Shown: positions 1-9,246, numbered from the stretch's first letter. The stretch: 34,119 bases of DNA from Armatimonadota bacterium (GCA_037444405.1 JBBIML010000031.1:1-34119); one strand, 5' to 3'. A program made the numbers and translations. The notes: generated by a model from the sequence alone, not told the origin.

Positions 1-174
1 CTCAAAATAGGTGTTGCTGGCGTCTCTTGAGTCTCGCCGTCAGCTCTGTCCTCTCTTGACGATACCAGTCCTATTATACCACACTTTTTCGCCCGATGGT
101 AGGGACGAAAGTCCCCCGATGACCTGGACCGACGAACCCGTTGAGCAGACCCCTCAAAAACCCGCGCTCGATGC

Positions 175-182
175 GGTATAAT
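175..182 (+). promoter_or_regulatory. Putative -10 element (GGTATAAT) for ilvE
   Basis: Exact TATAAT 8 nt before AGGAGG; a divergent copy lies on the minus strand at 73-80. Confidence 0.6.
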
Positions 183-208
183 CCTCATCGAGGAGGTCCT
201 ATGCGACG

Positions 209-1099
209 ATGCAGATGATGGTCAACTGGAACGGCACGCTGATGCCGCTGCAGGATGCACGAATCCCCGTGTTCGACCATGCCTATCTGTATGGCGACGG
301 CGTGTTTGAGGGCATCCGCCTCTATAACCGCCGAATCTTCCGGCTGGACGAACATCTCCGACGGCTCTACGACGGCGTTCACCATCTGGACATTCGGGGC
401 ATGTTGCCTTATGAGGAGCTGAAACAGCGCATTATCGACGCGGTGGAGGCTTCGGGCGCGGAGAACGCCTACATCCGCGTCTCCGTCTCGCGCGGCACGG
501 GCATCGGGCTGAACCCCGAAAACATCGACCAGACCCCCAATGTGATGATTGCCGTCACGCGCCTTGCGCTCTACCCGCCCGAAATGTACGAGACGGGACT
601 GCATGTGGTGACAGTCTCCACGCGCGTGATGACGCCCGATTCGCTGGATCCCCGCATCAAGTCGATCGGGCGCTATGTGAGCAACATTCAGGCGAAGCTG
701 GAGGCGAATCGTCAGGGCGCGGGCGAAGGATTGATGCTGAACGCGCAGGGCTATGTGGCGGAAGCGACGGGCGATAACATTTTCTTAGTGCATGACGGCG
801 TGTTGCGCACGCCGCATCCCGCATGCGGCATTCTCAAGGGCATCACGCGCCAGACCGTGATCGAAATCGCGCACGACCTCGGCATTCCGCTGATCGAGGA
901 CTGGCTGACCCTGCACGATGTGTACACGGCGGACGAGGCGTTTCTGACGGGCACGGCTGCCGAGATTATCCCCGTGATCAGCCTCGATCGGCGCCCGATC
1001 GGCGATGGCAAGCCGGGCGCCCTCACCCAGCGCATTATTCAGGAGTTCCGCCAGCGCACACGCGAGATTGGTGTGCTGGTGTCGGCGGGCGTGCGATGA
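209..1099 (+). CDS. ilvE: Branched-chain amino acid aminotransferase (PLP class IV)
   Basis: Motifs YGDGVFEG, RLDEHLRRL, EATGDNIF, ILKGITR, EAFLTGTAAEI; AGGAGG at 191-196. Confidence 0.9.
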   Translation: MQMMVNWNGTLMPLQDARIPVFDHAYLYGDGVFEGIRLYNRRIFRLDEHLRRLYDGVHHLDIRGMLPYEELKQRIIDAVEASGAENAYIRVSVSRGTGIGLNPENIDQTPNVMIAVTRLALYPPEMYETGLHVVTVSTRVMTPDSLDPRIKSIGRYVSNIQAKLEANRQGAGEGLMLNAQGYVAEATGDNIFLVHDGVLRTPHPACGILKGITRQTVIEIAHDLGIPLIEDWLTLHDVYTADEAFLTGTAAEIIPVISLDRRPIGDGKPGALTQRIIQEFRQRTREIGVLVSAGVR

Positions 1100-1359
1100 T
1101 CTGTGCCCTGTGCGGCGCGGCGGCGTGGCTGCAGGTGCACACCGAGCGGCGAACGCTGGCGCTGTGTCGGGCATGCGCCACACGCTACGAACGCCGCATG
1201 CGGACCGCGCCCATCAGTCGCTGGCTCCAGCAGCTGCGCCCGCCACCCCGCACCCACACCCGCTGCCCTCTCTGCGGCACCACACCTGAACAGATTCAGC
1301 AAACGGGGCTGTTCGGCTGCTGCATCTGCTATCAGGTTTTTGGCGTCCTGCAGGTATAA
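1096..1359 (+). CDS. Small McsA-like zinc-binding protein (87 aa, four Cys pairs, no UVR domain)
   Basis: ATG overlaps the ilvE stop (ATGA); MICALC...LCRAC...RCPLCG...TGLFGCCICYQVF follows the McsA N-terminal pattern; it is the 3' part of ORF 823..1359. Confidence 0.65.
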   Translation: MICALCGAAAWLQVHTERRTLALCRACATRYERRMRTAPISRWLQQLRPPPRTHTRCPLCGTTPEQIQQTGLFGCCICYQVFGVLQV

Positions 1360-1360
1360 T
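1353..1360 (+). promoter_or_regulatory. Putative -10 element (GGTATAAT) for the fab operon
   Basis: Overlaps the stop codon of the zinc protein; 11 nt before the fabD ATG, with no SD. Confidence 0.5.
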
Positions 1361-1371
1361 CAGCCCCAATT

Positions 1372-2322
1372 ATGAGCGTGGCGGTTGTATTTCCAGGGCA
1401 GGGTTCGCAGCGTCCTGGCATGGGGCGCGAGCTGTATGAGCAGAGCGTGGCGGCGCGGCGCGTGTTCGAGATTGCCAGTGAGCAGGCGGGGCGCTCCTTC
1501 ACCCAGCTCTGCTTCGAATCGGACGAGGAGACGCTCAAGCGCACAGAGAACGCGCAGCCCGCGCTGCTGACCGTCTGCTACGCCGCGTGGGAAGCCCTGC
1601 GCGAAGCCCTGCCCGACTTCCAGCCCGACTATCTGGCGGGGCACAGCATGGGCGAATACACCGCGCTGGCAGCGGGCGGCGTCTGGAGCTTCGAGGAGAC
1701 CTTCCACTGGGTCGAAGAGCGGGCGAAAGCGATGCGCAAGGTCGCCGACCGCATCGTCGGCTCGATGGTCGCCGTTATCGGGCTGGAGACGGCGAAGGTG
1801 GAGGCGGCGTGCCAGCAGGCGCAACAGGAGACGGGCGAGATCGTGGTGCCCGCTAACTACAACGCGCCGATGCAGGTGGTCATCTCGGGCACGCCGAAGG
1901 CGCTCGAACGCGCCGCCGAAATCGCCAGAGCGATGGGCGCACGGCGCGTCATCCCGCTCGCCGTCGCCGGCGCGTTCCATTCGCCCCTCATGAACGAAGC
2001 TGCGGAAGTGATTGCCAGCGCCTACCGCACCGCCACCTTCCACCGCCCCACCATCCCCATCGTGTCGAATGTCACCGCCCGCCCGATGACCGACCCCGAA
2101 GAGATTCGGGACATCATGAGCCGCCAGATTGCCAGCCCCGTGCGCTGGCAGGAGTGCGTGGAGTGGATGCGCGCGCAGGGCGTGGACACCTTTATTGAGG
2201 TGGGCGTTGGCGAGGTGCTGATCGGGCTGATCAGGCGCATCGTGCCCGACGCACGCTGCCTGCGTGTGGTAGACTCACAGACGCTGCAGGAGACGGTGCA
2301 GGGATTGCGAGGTGAGGCATGA
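1372..2322 (+). CDS. fabD: Malonyl-CoA:ACP transacylase
   Basis: FPGQGSQ, GHSMGEY, GAFHS, SPVRW motifs. Confidence 0.95.
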   Translation: MSVAVVFPGQGSQRPGMGRELYEQSVAARRVFEIASEQAGRSFTQLCFESDEETLKRTENAQPALLTVCYAAWEALREALPDFQPDYLAGHSMGEYTALAAGGVWSFEETFHWVEERAKAMRKVADRIVGSMVAVIGLETAKVEAACQQAQQETGEIVVPANYNAPMQVVISGTPKALERAAEIARAMGARRVIPLAVAGAFHSPLMNEAAEVIASAYRTATFHRPTIPIVSNVTARPMTDPEEIRDIMSRQIASPVRWQECVEWMRAQGVDTFIEVGVGEVLIGLIRRIVPDARCLRVVDSQTLQETVQGLRGEA

Positions 2323-3071
2323 CCATCGCGTTAGACGGGCGTGTGGCGCTGGTGACGGGCGCGGGGCGCGGCATCGGGCAGGCGATTGCGACGGCGCTGG
2401 CACAGGCGGGCGCAAAGGTCGCCGTGTTGAGCCGCACCGAAGCCAACGCCCAGCAGGTCGCCCAGCAGATTCTGCAGGCGGGCGGTGAGGCGATGCCCAT
2501 CGCCGCCGATGTCGCCGACGCGACCGCCCTCGAAAACGCCATCGAGTCCGTCCTCAACCGCTGGGAGCGGCTCGACATCCTCGTCAATAACGCGGGCATC
2601 AATCGCGACACCCTGCTGCTGCGCATGAAGGACGAGGACTGGGATCGCGTGCTGGAGGTGAACCTGCGGGGCGCTTTTGTGGCGACCCGCGCCGCGCTCA
2701 AGCCGATGCTGCGCCAGCGATGGGGACGCATCATCAACATCAGCTCCATCGTGGGGCTGACAGGCAACGCGGGTCAGGCGAACTATGTGGCGTCCAAAGC
2801 CGCGCTGATCGGCTTCACCCGCAGCGTCGCCCTCGAAGTGGGCAGCCGCAACATCACCTGCAACGCGATCGCGCCCGGTCTCATCGAAACCGACATGACC
2901 CGCGCCCTGCCCGACAACCTGCGGGAATATGCCCTCCAACGCATCCCTCTCGGACGGTTCGGCACCCCAGAAGAGGTGGCGTTTGGGGTACTCTTTCTGT
3001 GCAGCGATTACGCCTCGTACATTACGGGGCAGGTGCTGACCATCGACGGTGGTCTCACCGTCGGACTCTAA
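2319..3071 (+). CDS. fabG: 3-oxoacyl-ACP reductase
   Basis: [25 protein letters not shown]; fab cluster context. Confidence 0.95.
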   Translation: MTIALDGRVALVTGAGRGIGQAIATALAQAGAKVAVLSRTEANAQQVAQQILQAGGEAMPIAADVADATALENAIESVLNRWERLDILVNNAGINRDTLLLRMKDEDWDRVLEVNLRGAFVATRAALKPMLRQRWGRIINISSIVGLTGNAGQANYVASKAALIGFTRSVALEVGSRNITCNAIAPGLIETDMTRALPDNLREYALQRIPLGRFGTPEEVAFGVLFLCSDYASYITGQVLTIDGGLTVGL

Positions 3072-3094
3072 ACACTAAGAGGAGGTTAGAAGCG

Positions 3095-3343
3095 ATGGAT
3101 CGAGAGCTGTTCGAGCGTGTGCGCAAGGTCATCGTGGAGCAGCTGGATGTGCGCGAGGAGGAGGTCACGCCCGATGCGACCTTCACCGACGACCTGGGCG
3201 CCGACTCGCTGGATCTGGTCGAGCTGGTGATGGCATTCGAACAGGAGTTCGATGTCAGCATCTCGGAGGAGGAGGCGGAGCAGGTGCGCACGGTTGCCGA
3301 CGCGGTGCGCCTGCTCGCCGAGAAACTGCAGATGGAAGTCTGA
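3095..3343 (+). CDS. acpP: Acyl carrier protein (82 aa)
   Basis: [14 protein letters not shown] phosphopantetheine motif; GAGGAGG upstream of ATG 3095. Confidence 0.95.
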   Translation: MDRELFERVRKVIVEQLDVREEEVTPDATFTDDLGADSLDLVELVMAFEQEFDVSISEEEAEQVRTVADAVRLLAEKLQMEV

Positions 3344-3346
3344 GCC

Positions 3347-4588
3347 ATGCGACGGCGCGTTGTTGTCACCGGGATGGGGCTGATCACCCCGCTGGGCATC
3401 GGCATCGAACCGTTCTGGCAGGGTCTGCTGCAAGGACGGCGGGTGATCGGACCCATCACCCACTTTGACGCGAGCGGGCTGACCACGCGCATCGCGGCGG
3501 AAGTCAAGGACTTTGACCCCACGCAGTTTATGGAGCGCAAGGACGCCCGCCGCGCCTCGCGATTCATCCAGTTCGCCGTCGCCACCACCCGCATGGCGCT
3601 CGACGACGCCCGGCTCACCATCACGCCTGACAACGCCGAGCGAATCGGCGTGCTGATCGGCTCTGGCATCGGCGGCATCGACTATATGGACAGCCAGATG
3701 CGCGTGCTGATTGAGCAGGGACCCGACCGCATCACGCCCTTCTTTGCCCCGATGATGATTGCCGATATGGCTTCGGGCTTCGTGTCGATCACCTTCGGGG
3801 CGAAGGGACCGAACCTGTGCGTCGTCACGGCATGCTCGACGGGCGCGGATTGCATCGGGCAGGCGGCGCGGCTGATTGAGCGCGGCGACGCCGATGTGAT
3901 GATTGCGGGCGGGAGCGAAGCGGCGATTGTGCCAGTAGGTGTCGCCGCCTTCTGCGCTGCACGCGCCATGTCCACCCGCAACGACGACCCCGAACATGCC
4001 AGTCGTCCCTTCGACGCCGAGCGCGACGGCTTCGTGATGGGCGAGGGCGCGGGCGTGCTGATCCTGGAAGCGCTGGAGCATGCGCAGGCGCGTGGCGCCC
4101 GCATCTACGCCGAGTTTATGGGCTACGGCATGTCCGCCGACGCCTACCACATCACCCAGCCTGACCCCGAAGGCGACGGCGCCATGCGCTGCATGCGCAA
4201 CGCCATCCGTGATGCCGGACTGCAACCCACCGACATCCACTACATCAACGCGCACGGCACCTCCACCCGCTATAACGACGCGAAGGAGACGCTCGCCATC
4301 AAGCGGCTATTCGGCGACTATGCCTATCAACTGCCCGTCAGCTCCACCAAGTCGGTGACGGGGCATCTGCTGGGCGCAGCGGGCGCGGTCGAAGCCGCCG
4401 CCACCATCCTCGCCATCCAGCACCAGATATTGCCGCCCACCATCAACTATGAATATCCCGACCCCGAATGCGATCTGGACTATGTGCCGAACGAGCCGCG
4501 CCCCGCACGCGTGCGCTATGCGATGACCAACTCCTTCGGTTTCGGCGGGCACAACACTGCCCTCATCTTCGGCGCCTTTGAAGGCTGA
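3347..4588 (+). CDS. fabF: 3-oxoacyl-ACP synthase II
   Basis: TACSTG catalytic Cys, NAHGTST, GHLLGAAG, NSFGFGG. Confidence 0.95.
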   Translation: MRRRVVVTGMGLITPLGIGIEPFWQGLLQGRRVIGPITHFDASGLTTRIAAEVKDFDPTQFMERKDARRASRFIQFAVATTRMALDDARLTITPDNAERIGVLIGSGIGGIDYMDSQMRVLIEQGPDRITPFFAPMMIADMASGFVSITFGAKGPNLCVVTACSTGADCIGQAARLIERGDADVMIAGGSEAAIVPVGVAAFCAARAMSTRNDDPEHASRPFDAERDGFVMGEGAGVLILEALEHAQARGARIYAEFMGYGMSADAYHITQPDPEGDGAMRCMRNAIRDAGLQPTDIHYINAHGTSTRYNDAKETLAIKRLFGDYAYQLPVSSTKSVTGHLLGAAGAVEAAATILAIQHQILPPTINYEYPDPECDLDYVPNEPRPARVRYAMTNSFGFGGHNTALIFGAFEG

Positions 4589-6989
4589 ACCATGCCCCAA
4601 GCCAGCAAAACGCACTGATGAGCGAGAGCATTAACCCTGCCTCCCAGTAAGGCGGGCGATAGCGCATCTGCACCTCGTGCGTGCCGGCGGGCACAACAAT
4701 TGCCCGCAAGATGCCCTCCGCATAGAGCAGCGGCGCGGGTCGCCCGTCGATCCACGCCCGCCAGCCAGGTAACAGCGTCTCGCGCACCACCAGCACCGAT
4801 TCGCTGCCGCACGACACGCGAATATGCAACCCGTCGTTGCGCCGCTCGATGCGCTCGATTCGCCCGCCCGATGACTGCATCACACGGTTCAACCCCTCCA
4901 CGCGCACGCGCTGGCACACATCGCCCCGCTCCAGCCGAAACAGGCGCAACGCATCCTCAAAATCGCTCACGGGCACTGCCTGCGACACCACCTGCACGGG
5001 CGCACACGGGGGTTTCAATCGCTCAAATCGCACCTGAGCGTTTTCCAGACGCGCCCTCCAGCCGATGCCCAGCGCCCGGAGCCAGCGTTCAAGGTGAGCG
5101 CGCACCGATGGCGAGCCAGTCTGCGTCGCAATAGAAGCAGTGATGCGCAGGCGTCGCTCGATTCGGCTCACGCGCTGGGGCGCAAGCGGCTCATACGCGC
5201 CCCACACACTAACAGGCAACAGCATCGGCAGGTTCGGAATGCATGCCCCCACCATCTGCGCCGGGCTCGTATTCGCATAGGTGAGATAGGAGATATGGCG
5301 TCGCCAGCCGTCATAGGTTTGCGGATACCACCAGCGTTCGCCAGGGGCGTGCAGCACGCGCTTCGCCTTCGCCCAGCTGCCTGCAGGCGCAACGGGCAAC
5401 GAGCAGTAGACCGTGTAGAGTTGCAGGGGCGCGAAGCCGAGCCACAGCAACAGGGCACGCGAGCGCGGCAGCCGCCATGCGAGCGCGAGCAGTCCCAGCG
5501 ATGCGCCAAGCCAGAGTGCACCCTGCTGCCAGCCGCGTCGCGCCACCTCCAGCATCTGCTCCGCCGACGGCTGGGGATAATCTTCCGCCGCGCGCGGGGT
5601 CAGAAACGCTCGCTGCCATGCAGCACCTGTGCGCGTGTGGGGCGCCATCGCCATCAGCAGGCACAGCCCCACGCCAGCAATCAGCAACCCCAGCCAGAGA
5701 CCCGGCGATACCCCCTCACCCGTACCCTCTCCGCGTAGTTTGGGCATCCTGCCCAAGAAAGCCCCCTCTCCCGTACCCTCTCCCCCGCCGGCGGGGGAGA
5801 GGGGCTTGGTTTCTCCCTCTCCCGCAGCGTCGGGAGAGGGGGTAGGGGGTGAGGGCAACACTCGCCCATAGCCCAGCGCGCTCAGCGCCGTCAGCATCAG
5901 GCAGGCGATTAGCAGCCAGCGAGCCGGATCGTGAAACATGCGCATGCCTGGCAGGTAGTGAAACGCCATCGTGTAAAGCCTGCCGTCCGTGCCCAGCGCG
6001 AGCCAGACCATCAGCAGCGCAATCAGCCCCAGCCCCCAACCCAGCCGGAACTGCCGCCCGCACCCCAGCGCGAAGGGCACCAGCAGCAACGGCACCGTGC
6101 CGATAAACGCCGCCGACTCCCAGTAGTTGCCCTTCGCCACATACAAGCCCATCGGGTTGCCCCACAGGAAGGGATAGAACAGTGTGCCGAGATTGGCGAA
6201 GTACCAGCGGAACCGCTGCGCCTCGCCGAGTGACATCTGATGATAATTGGAGAGCGTGCCGACCGCGCTGGCGGGCAGCCAGTAGAGCGCGCTCAGCCCC
6301 AGCGTTAGCAACCCCGCGCTTAGCAGCCAGCCGAGCGCGCGCCATTTCTGCTGACGCGCTGCACTCTCATCCGCCCACCAGCGCACGCCGATGTAAAGCA
6401 GAGCGCCAAGCGCAATCAGATACGCGCCCTGCGGATGCCCCGCCATCAGGCAGAGCGCACCGATAAGCGCCAGCCAGAGCGTCGAACGCATGCCGGGCTG
6501 CTGCCACACGCGCTCCACCGCCCACAGCACCCACGGATACCAGGCAATCGTCATCAGAAACGGGGGGAACTGCGCCCGTGCAACCACTGCCGTACAGCCC
6601 ATCCAGACGCACGCGCCCCACGCCCGCGCCAGCTCACCACAGCCCAGCGCCCGCAGCCAGAACGCCATCCCCACACCGCTCCAGAGCAGGTGCAACGCCG
6701 TGATGAGGCTCAGCCATCGCTCGGTGGGGAGCCAGTAGAGAAGGGGCGTGGTGGGATAGAATACGCCCATCTGCGGGTTGCCAATCAACGGCTGACCGCC
6801 ATTAATGAAGGGGTTCCAGAAGGGCAGCTCGCCCTTCAGCAGGCAGCGGCGCACGAACTCCCACATCGGGTAGAAATAGATGCCCGCGTCGCCCCAGAAC
6901 AGCTCGCCAGTCAGCAGGCGACCGTGCATCAGCAGCCAGAACAGCCCAATCAGTAGTCCGCTAATCCGCGCTTGACGATGGCTCTTCAC
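4563..6989 (-). CDS. YfhO-like multipass membrane protein (putative GT-C glycosyltransferase) carrying an in-frame repeat insertion
   Basis: LPFWNP...GQPLIGNPQ..VFYP near the N-terminus, many TM segments, C-terminal PGWRAWIDG...VPAGTHEVQMRYRP; start codon uncertain. Confidence 0.7.
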   Translation of the reverse strand: MKSHRQARISGLLIGLFWLLMHGRLLTGELFWGDAGIYFYPMWEFVRRCLLKGELPFWNPFINGGQPLIGNPQMGVFYPTTPLLYWLPTERWLSLITALHLLWSGVGMAFWLRALGCGELARAWGACVWMGCTAVVARAQFPPFLMTIAWYPWVLWAVERVWQQPGMRSTLWLALIGALCLMAGHPQGAYLIALGALLYIGVRWWADESAARQQKWRALGWLLSAGLLTLGLSALYWLPASAVGTLSNYHQMSLGEAQRFRWYFANLGTLFYPFLWGNPMGLYVAKGNYWESAAFIGTVPLLLVPFALGCGRQFRLGWGLGLIALLMVWLALGTDGRLYTMAFHYLPGMRMFHDPARWLLIACLMLTALSALGYGRVLPSPPTPSPDAAGEGETKPLSPAGGGEGTGEGAFLGRMPKLRGEGTGEGVSPGLWLGLLIAGVGLCLLMAMAPHTRTGAAWQRAFLTPRAAEDYPQPSAEQMLEVARRGWQQGALWLGASLGLLALAWRLPRSRALLLWLGFAPLQLYTVYCSLPVAPAGSWAKAKRVLHAPGERWWYPQTYDGWRRHISYLTYANTSPAQMVGACIPNLPMLLPVSVWGAYEPLAPQRVSRIERRLRITASIATQTGSPSVRAHLERWLRALGIGWRARLENAQVRFERLKPPCAPVQVVSQAVPVSDFEDALRLFRLERGDVCQRVRVEGLNRVMQSSGGRIERIERRNDGLHIRVSCGSESVLVVRETLLPGWRAWIDGRPAPLLYAEGILRAIVVPAGTHEVQMRYRPPYWEAGLMLSLISAFCWLGAWFSLQRRRR
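5711..5862. repeat. Composite palindromic element (CCCTCACCC/CCCTCTCCC family) in frame in the YfhO-like gene
   Basis: Perfect 28-bp palindrome CCCTCTCCCCCGCCGGCGGGGGAGAGGG, second hairpin CCCTCTCCCG..CGGGAGAGGG, end GGGGGTGAGGGCAACACT identical to 9930-9947. Confidence 0.85.
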
Positions 6990-7116
6990 GGGGCGGGGTC
7001 AAACGATCCAGTTCATTCTGAAGCCTCGCCATCCGCGCGTGGAGCCACAGCAGGTACGCGAAGATGCCAACCCACACGATGGCGATGCTCACGCTTAAGG
7101 CGATCTGCCAGCTCAT
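6961..7116 (-). CDS. ccmD: CcmD-family heme exporter protein D (51 aa), absent from the ORF track
   Basis: Manual translation MSWQIALSVSIAIVWVGIFAYLLWLHARMARLQNELDRLTPPREEPSSSAD; one TM helix plus charged tail; GGAGG 9 nt before the ATG; follows ccmC. Confidence 0.75.
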   Translation of the reverse strand: MSWQIALSVSIAIVWVGIFAYLLWLHARMARLQNELDRLTPPREEPSSSAD

Positions 7117-7783
7117 GTGCCTGTTCCTCCAGTCGGGTTAGCTGCACGCGCAGCCGATAGAGCGCAACGGCGAGCGCGCTGTAAGTCAGAAAGCCCAGAT
7201 AGATTCCACTGCGGTAGAACCAGTCCAGCCCCTCCTTCTGCGCCAGCACATTGCTTGGATGGAGCGAGCGCTCGGCGATTGCGGGCAGGCGCGGCAACAC
7301 GAAGATCAGGAATGGCACGGTCAGCGCGGCGAACACGGTGTAGCCTGCGCTCAACGACGCCCGCTGACGGTCATCCTCCACCGCCGCCCGCAGCGCAAAA
7401 TACGCCGCATAAATCAGCAACTGAATCAAGATTGTGGTCTGGCGCGGGTCCCAGTGCCACGGCTTGCCCCACTGCTGGCTGGCGAACACCATGCCCGTGA
7501 GCGTGGTGAGAATGCCGAACAGCATCCCGACCTCATTCGCGGCGTTCGCCCGCGCGTCGTCCAGCATGTCGCGCCGTCGCAAATATCGCCAGCCAAAGAA
7601 TCCGCCCATCAGAAAACACAGCACGCAGATAATCGCTGCAGGCACATGGAACAGCACAATCCGCGCCGAGCCAGGGTCCTGAAAGTTTTGCGCAGGCGGC
7701 ACCCAGAAGAAGGCGAGTGCCGTCAGAATCAACATTCCGAATCCCGCAATCCCCAGCGCGATACGCATGATCATGACATTCAC
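7013..7783 (-). CDS. ccmC: Cytochrome c biogenesis heme exporter CcmC (WWD domain)
   Basis: FHVPAA, QWGKPWHWDPRQT, SLHP motifs; about 6 TM segments. Confidence 0.85.
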   Translation of the reverse strand: MNVMIMRIALGIAGFGMLILTALAFFWVPPAQNFQDPGSARIVLFHVPAAIICVLCFLMGGFFGWRYLRRRDMLDDARANAANEVGMLFGILTTLTGMVFASQQWGKPWHWDPRQTTILIQLLIYAAYFALRAAVEDDRQRASLSAGYTVFAALTVPFLIFVLPRLPAIAERSLHPSNVLAQKEGLDWFYRSGIYLGFLTYSALAVALYRLRVQLTRLEEQAHELADRLKREHRHRVGWHLRVPAVAPRADGEASE

Positions 7784-7786
7784 ACC

Positions 7787-8596
7787 TCATTCATCGAGTT
7801 CAACGCCCAGCTCACGCAGGCGTTGTGCCAGCCGTTCCGCCCGCTGGCGTTCCGCTTCGGCTCTGGCGTGTTCGGCTTCGGCTCTGGCGCGCTCCTCTTC
7901 GGCTTGTTGCTGGTACTGTTGCATCAGCTCGGCGTGAGCGGGCACCATCTCACCGTTTTCGCGAAAGAGGCGCAGCCAGCGGTATCGCCGCCCCAGATAG
8001 ACCCCTTCCCAGATGCCCAGCCATGCACCCAGCACCTCGCTCCACAGCCAGCCGCGCTCGTTCGGCTCTATCGGCACATACTCCTCGCCCATCAGCCGAA
8101 AGCCCGCGAAGTCGCGCTCGCCATCGAACCAGAAATATTCGTAGGTGTGGAACACGGTCGCATAGAACTCCTTCTTCTCGGTCTTATCGTAGGCAGCTGT
8201 GGTGGGTGAGAGCAGTTCAATCACCAGGTTCGGCACCTTGCCATCCTCTTCCCATACCGCCCAGTACCTGCGCGGCTTCTGACCGTCCACGCCCTTCACG
8301 ATGAAGAAGTCTGGACCGCGGAAGGCGGTGCGGCTGCCCTTTTTGATGGCGCGCGCCTGTTTGAGGCTGGAGTAGACGAACATATTGGCGGCGCAGAAGA
8401 AGTCGGTGCGCCCCTTCCAGTTCTGGCGCGTCAGCTCCAGCAGCAGCCACATCTGATAGACATGCCACTCGCTTTCTAACGGTTCACCGTCGCTATCGAT
8501 GAGTTTGATATGGGGCAGGCGCGGCGCGGGCACGGCGGGAGTGCGCCTGCGCTTCTTCGGTCTGGTTCTGGCAGAAAGCGTCGCCATTCTGCTCAC
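7787..8596 (-). CDS. Uma2/DUF820-family PD-(D/E)xK endonuclease-like protein
   Basis: ESEWH, GPDFFIV, PNLVIELLSPTT, EYFWFD, and the typical repeated tail ERARAEAEHARAEAERQRAERLAQRLRELG; alternative start at ATG 8587. Confidence 0.85.
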   Translation of the reverse strand: MSRMATLSARTRPKKRRRTPAVPAPRLPHIKLIDSDGEPLESEWHVYQMWLLLELTRQNWKGRTDFFCAANMFVYSSLKQARAIKKGSRTAFRGPDFFIVKGVDGQKPRRYWAVWEEDGKVPNLVIELLSPTTAAYDKTEKKEFYATVFHTYEYFWFDGERDFAGFRLMGEEYVPIEPNERGWLWSEVLGAWLGIWEGVYLGRRYRWLRLFRENGEMVPAHAELMQQYQQQAEEERARAEAEHARAEAERQRAERLAQRLRELGVELDE

Positions 8597-8603
8597 CAGT
8601 CCG

Positions 8604-8611
8604 ATTATACC
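8604..8611 (-). promoter_or_regulatory. Putative -10 element (GGTATAAT) for the Uma2-ccmC-ccmD unit
   Basis: TATAAT 7 nt before GTG 8596, which is leaderless-type spacing. Confidence 0.55.
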
Positions 8612-8661
8612 CGCTCCCCATAGCAGGGGATGCCGTTAGAACGCTGAATCACCTTTGGCAG

Positions 8662-9246
8662 ATGGACACGCTCCAGCAGTGGGACACGCAGGTTTTCTAC
8701 TGGATATTTGAGGGGTTGCGCTCGAACTGGCTCACGCCCCTGATGTTGCTGCTTTCGGAGGGCAACAAATGGTGGACGGTGCGCATCGGGGTGTTGCTGT
8801 TGTGGGCGTGGCTCGTCTGGCGGGGCGGCAAACTGCGTCTGTTCGCGCTGCTGCTGATCCCCGCCCTGATTGTGTCCAACGAGCTGTGCGATTTGTTGAA
8901 GGGGTGGGTGGGTCGGGAGCGTCCCTGCGTGGCGTTGCCCATCGAGCCGCTCACGGGTCGGCTCACCTCGCCCTCGTTTCCATCGGCGCATGCGACGAAC
9001 ATGGCGACGGTGGTGGGGCTGGCAGGCGCGATTGGCGGCTGGCGCGTGGCGATACGCTTGCTGTGGCTGCCCCTGCTGGTGGGGCTATCGCGCGTGTATG
9101 TGGGCGTGCATTACCCCTCCGATGTGCTGTGTAGCTGGCTGATCGGCGCGGCGGTTGGCTCTGGTATCGGCTGGCTCTGGAGTTGGATAACCGCCCGCCG
9201 ACGGTCGATGCCGTCAGTCTCCGATTCAGGCAGTCGTGGCACATAG
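8662..9246 (+). CDS. PAP2-family phosphatase (undecaprenyl-diphosphatase-like)
   Basis: K-x6-RP, PSAH and SRVYVGVHYPSD motifs. Confidence 0.9.
   Translation: MDTLQQWDTQVFYWIFEGLRSNWLTPLMLLLSEGNKWWTVRIGVLLLWAWLVWRGGKLRLFALLLIPALIVSNELCDLLKGWVGRERPCVALPIEPLTGRLTSPSFPSAHATNMATVVGLAGAIGGWRVAIRLLWLPLLVGLSRVYVGVHYPSDVLCSWLIGAAVGSGIGWLWSWITARRRSMPSVSDSGSRGT

Noticed and set aside
95..135. GGGACGAAAGTCC as a c-di-GMP-I riboswitch
   Set aside because: The other conserved riboswitch elements are missing, and it lies upstream of both putative -10 elements, so it is probably not transcribed.
201..218. Tiny uORF MRRCR overlapping the ilvE start
   Set aside because: No Leu/Ile/Val codons and no attenuator structure; the ATG is only 4 nt from the SD; probably incidental.
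5711..5862. Repeats as a CRISPR array or intrinsic terminators
   Set aside because: No regular repeat-spacer period, no cas genes, no U-tracts, and most copies are inside ORFs.
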